Below, piece after piece: positions 6,061 to 13,129 of a stretch of 13,129 bases of DNA. The notes under the pieces were generated by a model. It saw nothing but the letters and a program-made list of their open reading frames with translations, did not search any database and was not told where the DNA came from. The position numbers were made by a program, and so were the translations under genes. Origin of the DNA: Chthonomonadales bacterium (GTDB lineage Bacteria; Armatimonadota; Chthonomonadetes; Chthonomonadales; Chthonomonadaceae); assembly GCA_038217285.1 (NCBI GenBank), contig JBBQPO010000175.1, positions 1-13,129 on the forward strand, written 5' to 3'. Position 1 is the stretch's first letter, and the number at the start of each line of letters is the position of its first letter.

Positions 6061-8247
6061 TTACGCCTTCGAGACGAGAACCACGATGGTGCGATCGTTC
6101 ACGAAGTACTCGCTGCCTTCAATCTCGACTTCATTCCCGGGTTCCGCAATATCTTCAGGAGAAGGCAAAGAGGTGTCGGCGGACCGATACCACTTCCGTC
6201 CTGGAACCGTCGGCAACTGGAAATTCGCTCCCTCCCAGTGCATGTTCATGATCACGTGAAGATCCGGATCGCCGTCGAATCCGCCCATCGTGTAGGCAAG
6301 GATCCGCGCCTCGGCGTCATGCCAGCCGGGACTGTTTAGTTCATAGCCGTGCCAGGAGATATCCGGCACGCCGCGTTCGTTCAACTGTCCGTTGAAAAAG
6401 CGCGGCCGGTGCAGACTCGCATGCGATGTCCGGCGCGTGATGATGCTGGACCAGAACCGAAAAAGGTCGTTGTGTTTTTCGGGCAGGGTCCAATCGAACC
6501 AACTGATCTCGCTGTCCTGGCAGTAGGCGTTGTTGTTGCCCTGTTGGGTCCGCCGCACTTCATCGCCCCCAAGGATCATGGGCACGCCCTGTGCGAGCAT
6601 CAGGATCGTCGCGAAGTTCTTGATCTGGCGGTTCCGCAACGACTCGATTCCCGGATCGTCGGTGGGACCTTCCACGCCGCAGTTCCAGCTGAGATTGTCG
6701 TCGATGCCGTCGCGGTTATTCTCGCCGTTCGCGTCATTGTGCTTATAGTCGTAGGAAACCAGATCGTTGAGCGTAAACCCGTCGTGGCAGGTGACGAAGT
6801 TGACGCTGTTGATCGGCAGTTCTCCCGTGGTTTCAAAGATGTCCGCGCTCCCGGAGATGCGGTTCGCCACATCGCCAATGATGCCCGGTTCGCCTTTGAC
6901 GAAACTGCGGATGGTGTCACGGAATTTTCCGTTCCATTCGCCCCACCGATACCCCGGGAAGTAGCCGACCTCATACAGTCCCGCCGCGTCCCAGCATTCC
7001 GCGATCACCTTGGTGTCGGCGAGCATATCGGAAAGCTCGATGTTCCAGATCACGGGAGGATCGAGCATCGGCAGCCCGTCCTGGCCTCGCGTCAGGATGA
7101 CGGCCTCATCGAAGCGAAATCCGTCTACATGCATCTCCCTTACCCAGAAGTCCAGACTATCGACAATCATCTTCTCGGCGATCGGATGGTTTCCGTTGAC
7201 CGTGTTGCCGCAGCCGGTGTAGTCCATATAGTACTGGTGGTCTTCGGTGGAAAGCATATAATAGACGTGATTGGCGAAGCCCTTGAAGTTGATCGTCGGC
7301 CCCTGATCGTTGCCTTCGTTCGTGTGGTTGTAGACCACGTCCAGGATCACTTCGATGCCCGCCTTATGGAAGGCCTTCACCATATCCCGGAATTCGTCGA
7401 GGTGGGATCCGTATTCCGGCGAAACGCAGTAGCCGTTATGGGGGGCGAAGAAGCTGATGGTGCTATAGCCCCAGTAGTTTGTAAGCGGCTTCCCCGTCAC
7501 GGGACTGATGCGCAGCACTTCCTTCTCGTCGAAGTCATGCACCGGCAAAAGCTCCACGGCGGTGATGCCGAGTTGCTTGAGATACGGGATTTTCTCGATC
7601 ACGCCGGAAAACGTGCCGCGCCGCTTCTCGTCCACGCCGGACGTGGGAGACCGGGTGAAGCCGCCGACGTGCATCTCATAGATCACGGTCTCCGCCATGG
7701 GGTGATTGAGCGGCTTGTCTCCCTCCCAATCGTAGGCGCAGGGATCGATGACCACGTTGCGCATGGAGGTCGCCATATTGTCTTCCTGGCCGCACGCATC
7801 CACGCGATTCCACAGACCGTTCGTATTGCCAAGCGCATACGGATCGATCAGCACCTTGTTGCGATTGTAGCGCTGCCCCTTGCCGTGAAGATCGCGCGGA
7901 CCGTCGAGTCGATAGGCATAATGCGCGTTGGGCTTCAGACCTTTGACGTATGCGTGCCAGAAGTGAAAGGTCTTATTCTTGGTCGGGTCCAGGTCGATGA
8001 CCGCGATGGGCTCGGGAGCGTCGTGCTCATCGAAGATCAAGAGCTCCACGGCGGTCGCTTCCTCGGCGAAAACACTGAAGTTCACACCTTCCGCATCCGG
8101 GGTCGCTCCCATCGGATGCGCGCGGCCACGCTCGACGATAAATTCACGCGATGGCGTCAGAGCCACGGCGGTAACGGTGGTCGCGGACGGTTCGGCTCCG
8201 TCCTTGGAATGGTCCTGTATCAGTGTCGATGTATCGGCTACGGTCAT
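6061..8247 (-). CDS. glgX: glycogen debranching enzyme / isoamylase (GH13_11, CBM48)
   Basis: Motifs LIDPYA, IYEMHVGGFT, NYWGY, DVVYNHT, YTGCGNT, DGFRFD, IAECWD, HDGFTL, SWNCGVEG and GNNNAYCQD are all present. Confidence 0.96.
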   Translation of the reverse strand: MTVADTSTLIQDHSKDGAEPSATTVTAVALTPSREFIVERGRAHPMGATPDAEGVNFSVFAEEATAVELLIFDEHDAPEPIAVIDLDPTKNKTFHFWHAYVKGLKPNAHYAYRLDGPRDLHGKGQRYNRNKVLIDPYALGNTNGLWNRVDACGQEDNMATSMRNVVIDPCAYDWEGDKPLNHPMAETVIYEMHVGGFTRSPTSGVDEKRRGTFSGVIEKIPYLKQLGITAVELLPVHDFDEKEVLRISPVTGKPLTNYWGYSTISFFAPHNGYCVSPEYGSHLDEFRDMVKAFHKAGIEVILDVVYNHTNEGNDQGPTINFKGFANHVYYMLSTEDHQYYMDYTGCGNTVNGNHPIAEKMIVDSLDFWVREMHVDGFRFDEAVILTRGQDGLPMLDPPVIWNIELSDMLADTKVIAECWDAAGLYEVGYFPGYRWGEWNGKFRDTIRSFVKGEPGIIGDVANRISGSADIFETTGELPINSVNFVTCHDGFTLNDLVSYDYKHNDANGENNRDGIDDNLSWNCGVEGPTDDPGIESLRNRQIKNFATILMLAQGVPMILGGDEVRRTQQGNNNAYCQDSEISWFDWTLPEKHNDLFRFWSSIITRRTSHASLHRPRFFNGQLNERGVPDISWHGYELNSPGWHDAEARILAYTMGGFDGDPDLHVIMNMHWEGANFQLPTVPGRKWYRSADTSLPSPEDIAEPGNEVEIEGSEYFVNDRTIVVLVSKA

Positions 8248-8344
8248 AATAGTGTTCCTGCTCTCTACTTATTGGATCGAGGTGACGCCGAGCTCCACGC
8301 TGCCGAGCATGTGAGCGTCGCCAGCATCCGCCCGAACCGTACTG

Positions 8345-8764
8345 CTAGGAAAGAGCCGGCGGGTTTTCTTCGTCTACAAACCCCTGGCTTATTTCCACGA
8401 TATTGCCGTTCGGGTCCTTGACCCAGACAGTGCGCCATCCCGGTATGAAGTCATCGAAGCTTAGCGGCCCCAGTGTCACCTGGGCGTCCGCCCCCATCTC
8501 CTTCAGTTTGGCGTCCACGTCCTCGACCTGAAAGGCAATGTGCCTCCAGGCAGGGAAGCCCGGTCCATCTTTGTCGGCCGCCGGATCCGGCGCTTCGCCA
8601 ACCGCCTGAAACAGCTCGAGGTAGACATCGCCGACCTTTAGAAAGACGATCTGGTCTTTGCCAAGCGGAATCACTCGGGCGCGTCGGAAGCCGAAGTAGC
8701 GCGTGTAGAAGCGCTCGACCGCGATAGGGTCCGAGCACGAAATCGCAACATGCGAAAAGGCCAT
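8345..8764 (-). CDS. VOC family (glyoxalase I/epimerase-like) metalloenzyme
   Basis: HVAI, LELF, RHIAF.V.DVD and DPNGNIVE motifs. The predicted metal ligands H5, E50, H75 and E124 are intact. Confidence 0.92.
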   Translation of the reverse strand: MAFSHVAISCSDPIAVERFYTRYFGFRRARVIPLGKDQIVFLKVGDVYLELFQAVGEAPDPAADKDGPGFPAWRHIAFQVEDVDAKLKEMGADAQVTLGPLSFDDFIPGWRTVWVKDPNGNIVEISQGFVDEENPPALS

Positions 8765-8775
8765 GCGTTCCTCCC

Positions 8776-9351
8776 TTACCCCGCTTTTGCCAGCATGAGG
8801 TCGATGATCTTGCGAGCAAACAAATGACAGTGACCGCCTGTACGCGCGGTCACAAGGTCCGTGCCATCCACGACTACGTCCTGGTCCACATAAACGGCGC
8901 CCATATTAATGGCGTCGCCATGCAGGTTGTTATGCACGACCACATTGCGGCCGCGAACGAGTTCGGGCGCGGGAGCGACCAGCCACATCCCGTGGCAAAT
9001 GATGCCTTTGATGACATCCTTTTCCGCAAAAGCACGTTGCAGGAAGACCGTCGCGGGCGGAAGCTTACTGGCGTCCTCCGTGTAGCGCAGGCGATCGGAG
9101 ACGATGCCCGACGGCACGATGATGGCGGAGTAGCTGCGCAGTTCCTCGTCCGACATGTTCTCGAAGCTCTCGCGAACCTCGAACGGCACCTTCCACTCAT
9201 GACCGGTGAAGGTGAGCTGGCTCTGTCCCCACATGCGCGTAAGGAAGTGCAGCTCGATTCCCTCTTCGGGGAAGCGATGCTCGTAGTAGAAGATTTCCTT
9301 CTCGTAGTAGTCGCCCTCGATGAGGACGCCGACCTTCTTCTTGACTGCCAT
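8776..9351 (-). CDS. DJ-1/PfpI family protein (YhbO/PfpI-like)
   Basis: KKVGVLIE..Y...E (E19), AIIVPSG, nucleophile elbow ICHG (C119), and VVVDG.DLVTAR. Confidence 0.93.
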   Translation of the reverse strand: MAVKKKVGVLIEGDYYEKEIFYYEHRFPEEGIELHFLTRMWGQSQLTFTGHEWKVPFEVRESFENMSDEELRSYSAIIVPSGIVSDRLRYTEDASKLPPATVFLQRAFAEKDVIKGIICHGMWLVAPAPELVRGRNVVVHNNLHGDAINMGAVYVDQDVVVDGTDLVTARTGGHCHLFARKIIDLMLAKAG

Positions 9352-9373
9352 GGTGTTGTCCCGCTTTCCGGCG

Positions 9374-9766
9374 TTACGCCAGCGATCCGTCGGCGTGCTG
9401 GACCATGCCGGCGAAGTGAATCGCGATCTTGCCGTCGCGCAGCACCCAGCTGTCGGAGAAGCGCATCTTCGCCTCGCCGTCGGCCAGCTTCATCGTGATC
9501 TTTTCGGTGATCATCAGCGTCTCGGGGTGCTCCGACTCCGCCCAGAAGACGATCTCGTCCTCGAGCCCCTGGATGCCGAGGATGCCGTTCATGTGCTCGC
9601 GCAGTTCGGTCTTGCCGCGGTAGTACTTCGGCGTCTTCATGAAGCTGCTGATCAGCAGGCAGTCGTCGGTGTACTGGTCGAGCAGCGCATCGATGTTCTT
9701 GTCGAGAATGAACTGGATGTGCTGCTGGAACATGCGACCGAGCTTCGTATCGGGGACGTTGACCAT
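9374..9766 (-). CDS. NTF2/SnoaL-like protein
   Basis: 130 aa with a NIDALLDQYTDD, YRGK.EL, FSDSWVLRDGKI pattern typical of the NTF2-like fold. Confidence 0.85.
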   Translation of the reverse strand: MVNVPDTKLGRMFQQHIQFILDKNIDALLDQYTDDCLLISSFMKTPKYYRGKTELREHMNGILGIQGLEDEIVFWAESEHPETLMITEKITMKLADGEAKMRFSDSWVLRDGKIAIHFAGMVQHADGSLA

Positions 9767-9790
9767 CGTGTCTGCTCCGCTGCTGGAAAG

Positions 9791-10258
9791 TTAGAGGCGC
9801 GCGAACCCGGGCGCGTAGGCAAACGGCGCCGCGACGGCGTTGTACTTGCTGATGGCAAGGCCGAACTTGTTCTTGCTGGACTTCACCACCGTCCAGGTCT
9901 GGGTCGCGTCGAGCGAGGTGCGCTTCGCCTTGGTGGCCGGCTTCACGAACCAGCTCGCCTGCCACGCCACTACCACCTTGAGCTCCGGCGCGTCATCGGT
10001 GCCGCCGGTGCGCTCGACCGACACCACGTTGTGGTTCTCGTCGAAGAAGATGTTGATGACGCCGGGTGCCGCGGTGCCGTTCGAGTAGGTGCCGCCGGCG
10101 TACCATGCCAGGAAATCGCTGACGCCAGGCAGCGTCGCTTCCGGGAAGATCATCTGCACGTCGTCGGTGACGAGCGATGCGAGTTCTGCGGTCGGGGCGT
10201 GATTGTCGAGCGCGAGGTACCACGCCGTGACCAACTCGTTGACGATGCGCATGTCCAT
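9791..10258 (-). CDS. hypothetical protein, probable NTF2/SnoaL-like fold
   Basis: LVTAWYLALDNH, LVTDDVQMIFPE, G..DF..WY, FFDENH and a C-terminal beta-strand pattern. GGGAG RBS upstream. Confidence 0.75.
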   Translation of the reverse strand: MDMRIVNELVTAWYLALDNHAPTAELASLVTDDVQMIFPEATLPGVSDFLAWYAGGTYSNGTAAPGVINIFFDENHNVVSVERTGGTDDAPELKVVVAWQASWFVKPATKAKRTSLDATQTWTVVKSSKNKFGLAISKYNAVAAPFAYAPGFARL

Positions 10259-10281
10259 GTCGTGTCTTCTCCCCAGGGAAA

Positions 10282-11988
10282 CTACTGACCGCAGGTATTG
10301 CCGACCCGCTCGGGGTGCGTATCGCCCTCGAGCACCAGGTCAATCAGGAACGGCCCCGGCGTGGACAGCGCCTGCGCGATGGCAGGACCGACCTCCCAGG
10401 GCTTCTCGACGCGGACCGACGGCACGCTCATGGCGCGCGCCAGCTCCGCGAACTTCAAGGGTGGCTGCGACAGGTCGAAGCTCAACGGATAGTCGTGCTT
10501 CTCGATGCCCTGCTCCCGCCAGTACTGATCGATGTTCAACTGCAGCAACCGGTACGAGCCGTTGTTACAGACGATGAACTTGACGCCGATGTTGTGGCGG
10601 GCAGCCGTCCACAGCGACTGGATGGTGTACATCGAGCCGCCGTCGCCGCTGAACGCCAGCGTCGTCTTTCCCGGATTCGCGAGGCTCACCCCCAGGCCAC
10701 CGGGGAAGCCGACGCCGAGCGAGCCGCCGCGCGTCAGGAAGTAGTCGCCCGTCTTCGACGGCGACAGATAGCGTGAGACGGCCGGCGAGTTGGTGAGCGC
10801 CTCGTCGAACACCACGACGTCGCCCTTCAACTGCGCCGTGAGCTCCTCCATGAAGCGGGTCATCTTCACCGGCTGGCTGTCGCGCACCGCCAGGTCAGCC
10901 TCGAGATCGGCGCGATGCTTCGCGTCCTTCTCGAGCCGTCCCTGCTCGACGCGCGCCTTCGCCGCGTCCACCTTCACCGGCGGCAGCAGGCGCTCCAGGG
11001 CGTCGGCCAGCAGCGCCAGCGTCAGCTTCGGGTCCGCGACAACGCCCAGATCGACCGGATGGTTCTTGGCGATTTCGTAGGCGTTGAGGTCGATGTGCAC
11101 GACCTTCGCCCCTTCGGCAAACACATCGCCCAGTTCCGGGAACACTTCGGGAACGATGTAGGTGCCGACCACCAGATTGGCGTCGCCTTTCTGGAGAATC
11201 GGCAGGCTGTGCTCGCCGAACATGTGCCCGGTCATGCCCTGATACAGCGGATGACGCTCGCTCATGTTCACTTCGCCGGCGTCGGCCTCCCAGACTTCCG
11301 CACCGAGCAGTTCGGCCACGCGGGCCAACTCCGCCTGTGCGCCGGAGTAGGCGACGCCGTCGCCGACGAAGATGACCGGCCGCTCGGCGGCGGCCATGAT
11401 GGCGGCCGCCTGCTCCACGAGGGAGGGGGCCGGCACCACGCGTGTCGACGGAATCGAGGTCGGCCGCACCGGCTCGTTCGACGGTGCGTCGAGAATGTCC
11501 TGGGGCTGGCCGACGTAGACCGGTCCCATGGGCGGCGTTGCCGCAATCTTGAGGGCGCGCCGCAGGACGCGGAGCAGCGACGAGGGGTGCTGCACCACCG
11601 TCGCCCACTTGGTGACGGGCCGCATCATGCCGACGAGATCGCCAGCCATCTGCGCGTCCATCGCGGCGTACTTGATGCCGGCGTCGCCACCGATGACGAC
11701 CAGCGGCGAGTTGCCACGCTTCGCCTGGTAGAGCGCGCCGACGCCGTTGCCGATGCCGGGAGAACTGTGCAACTGCACCAGCGCCGGCTTCTGCGTCGCA
11801 CGGGCATAGCCGTCGGCGGCGAGTACCGCAATCGACTCCTGCAGCGTGAGGATGTACTTCATCTGCGGGTAGGCCCGCAGCGCATCGAGGAACCCCTGCT
11901 CGACCGTGCCAGGATTCCCGAACATGTGCGTGATGCCGTCAGCGAGGAACTGCTCGATGATGGCGAAATGGCCGGTCTTGTGACCCAT
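10282..11988 (-). CDS. thiamine diphosphate-dependent enzyme, benzoylformate decarboxylase-like
   Basis: FGNPGTVE, LQE..AV..ADGYARAT (conserved ThDP Glu), LHSSPGIGN, and the GDGG...NN ThDP/Mg motif. The start is placed at 11988 because ATG 12033 lies inside the intergenic hairpin. Confidence 0.93.
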   Translation of the reverse strand: MGHKTGHFAIIEQFLADGITHMFGNPGTVEQGFLDALRAYPQMKYILTLQESIAVLAADGYARATQKPALVQLHSSPGIGNGVGALYQAKRGNSPLVVIGGDAGIKYAAMDAQMAGDLVGMMRPVTKWATVVQHPSSLLRVLRRALKIAATPPMGPVYVGQPQDILDAPSNEPVRPTSIPSTRVVPAPSLVEQAAAIMAAAERPVIFVGDGVAYSGAQAELARVAELLGAEVWEADAGEVNMSERHPLYQGMTGHMFGEHSLPILQKGDANLVVGTYIVPEVFPELGDVFAEGAKVVHIDLNAYEIAKNHPVDLGVVADPKLTLALLADALERLLPPVKVDAAKARVEQGRLEKDAKHRADLEADLAVRDSQPVKMTRFMEELTAQLKGDVVVFDEALTNSPAVSRYLSPSKTGDYFLTRGGSLGVGFPGGLGVSLANPGKTTLAFSGDGGSMYTIQSLWTAARHNIGVKFIVCNNGSYRLLQLNIDQYWREQGIEKHDYPLSFDLSQPPLKFAELARAMSVPSVRVEKPWEVGPAIAQALSTPGPFLIDLVLEGDTHPERVGNTCGQ

Positions 11989-12024
11989 GATGTGAAACGG
12001 CCCGTCTTCCTGAAGGAGGCGAAG

Positions 12025-12064
12025 GACGGGCATCCCCGGCGCTTTGGCGCCGGGGATGCCCGTC
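12025..12064 (-). terminator. perfect 18-bp intergenic stem-loop (attenuator or stabiliser)
   Basis: GACGGGCATCCCCGGCGC-TTTG-GCGCCGGGGATGCCCGTC lies 10 nt after the stop at 12075. The following tail is only weakly U-rich. Confidence 0.6.
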
Positions 12065-12074
12065 AGAGTACGTG

Positions 12075-12899
12075 CTACCAGCCGTAGCGGCGGAGGCCCT
12101 TCTCGAGCGCTTTCACCATCAACTCACCAACCAGGTGCGAGTCCTGCGTGGACCGGCCGGTCAGGAACGGGTAGTCGAGGACGGTCGAAATGGTGCGGCC
12201 GACGCCACCGTGGTACTGGCCGCCGGGCTGCGTCGCATCGCGCAGGATCAGCTCGAGCGGATACGGGGGCGGCCCCATGTTGAAGTCGGTGTTGATGAAG
12301 CCGGTGCCGTCCTTGTAGTCGTACTCTAGCGCGTGTCCGGTGACATGCTTGCCGGCGATGATGCTCTTGCGATCAATCCAGTCGCGCGCGAACGCCAGCA
12401 CGGCGACGCCGTAACATTCGGCGGTGATGAGCTTGTCCTGCGCCAGGAAGCCGAGCACGACGTCGTGCAGACGCTGGTTGTTCACCATGTCGACGATCGG
12501 CCCGCTGCCGCCGACCAGCAACAGCGCGTCGTACTTCTTGAGCCCTTCCCAGGCCTGCTCGCGGGCGTTGTGATACGCCTCGAGGCCGTGGCCGAAGTTC
12601 TCCGAGTTGAAGTACGGACGCACCGGGAACAGTTCCGACAGATTCAGCGGGTTGTCCAGGCGGGTCGACGCATCGATCTCGCGCGTCTTCTGGGCGAAGT
12701 AGGCGTCGGTGACGCACTTGCCGAGGGGTGGATCGAAATAGCCTTCGGTCATGCTGGGCGGCAGCGCGTGCGCGCGCTTGCCGGTCGGCGTCATGAACGT
12801 GGTCGTGTACCCCGCCTTGTCCAGGACTTCGACCGGGCCGACCAGTTCCTCGCCCCAAAAACCCCATTCCGACAGAACAACCAGAATTTCCTTGCTCAT
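12075..12899 (-). CDS. type 1 glutamine amidotransferase-like DJ-1/PfpI protein (Hsp31-like)
   Basis: ILVVLSE.GFWGEE (E18), YDALLLVGGSGP, AECYG (C162), GKHVTGH and FLTGRS. GGAGG RBS upstream. Confidence 0.92.
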   Translation of the reverse strand: MSKEILVVLSEWGFWGEELVGPVEVLDKAGYTTTFMTPTGKRAHALPPSMTEGYFDPPLGKCVTDAYFAQKTREIDASTRLDNPLNLSELFPVRPYFNSENFGHGLEAYHNAREQAWEGLKKYDALLLVGGSGPIVDMVNNQRLHDVVLGFLAQDKLITAECYGVAVLAFARDWIDRKSIIAGKHVTGHALEYDYKDGTGFINTDFNMGPPPYPLELILRDATQPGGQYHGGVGRTISTVLDYPFLTGRSTQDSHLVGELMVKALEKGLRRYGW

Positions 12900-12901
12900 T
12901 A

Positions 12902-12999
12902 CGCGTCCTCCACGCGACCCATCCCGCAGTGCACACGAGAGGGTGTGCCCGGACTCGAGACTGTCGTCTTCGAAACGTTCACACCCTGCGGTGCGAACG
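12902..12999 (-). promoter_or_regulatory. structured 5' region of the cluster; RBS displayed in a hairpin loop
   Basis: Minus-strand hairpins: CGTTCGCACC-GCAG-GGTGTGAACG (12976-12999), GCACAC-6-GTGTGC (12931-12948) and CGCGT-GGAGG-ACGCG (12902-12916). Confidence 0.4.
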
Positions 13000-13129
13000 C
13001 CTTTTAATTCGGATGGTGCTGAAAAGCTTGAAGTTGATGCGGACCTGCCTTGCGCCAGACCCTGTAACCGGCGGACGTACGGCCCTGGGGGGAGGCTGCC
13101 GTAGTGTGCGCTGCTGAATCATTCTGCGA

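Noticed and set aside
6349-8421. 690-aa + strand ORF, and similar ORFs at 3350-4078, 4395-5189, 5409-6251, 8824-9498, 9320-10288, 10915-12087 and 12333-13007
   Set aside because: Antisense shadows of motif-supported - strand genes, expected in GC-rich coding DNA. No recognisable motifs.
11989-12033. Longer start for the ThDP enzyme (MPVLRLLQ...)
   Set aside because: This ATG lies within the 18-bp hairpin, and the family N-terminus fits a start at 11988.

Overview
GC-rich bacterial DNA in two parts. The right 8.8 kb (4143-12899) is a co-directional minus-strand cluster of eight genes: an Hsp31-like DJ-1/PfpI protein, a benzoylformate-decarboxylase-like ThDP enzyme, two NTF2/SnoaL-like proteins, a second DJ-1/PfpI protein, a VOC/glyoxalase protein, a GlgX isoamylase and an atypical AGE/cellobiose-2-epimerase-fold protein. 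A DUF5602-like lipoprotein gene follows. The combination suggests a pathway linking glycogen mobilisation to dicarbonyl or small-sugar chemistry, which I cannot match to a characterised system. Codon usage shifts abruptly inside the small PfpI gene (~9065), suggesting a recombinant mosaic or an assembly chimera. The left 3.2 kb is accessory DNA. Two ~107-bp direct repeats (316-422 and 3134-3239, ~93% identical) fold into two hairpins, and their differences mostly preserve pairing as G-U on the + strand. They bracket a 2.7-kb segment containing a 5'-truncated TetR remnant, a second decayed reading frame, a secreted-protein gene and a membrane-protein gene. No tRNA, rRNA, CRISPR array, transposase or integrase was recognised. 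Family calls come from motifs read by eye, not from database searches.
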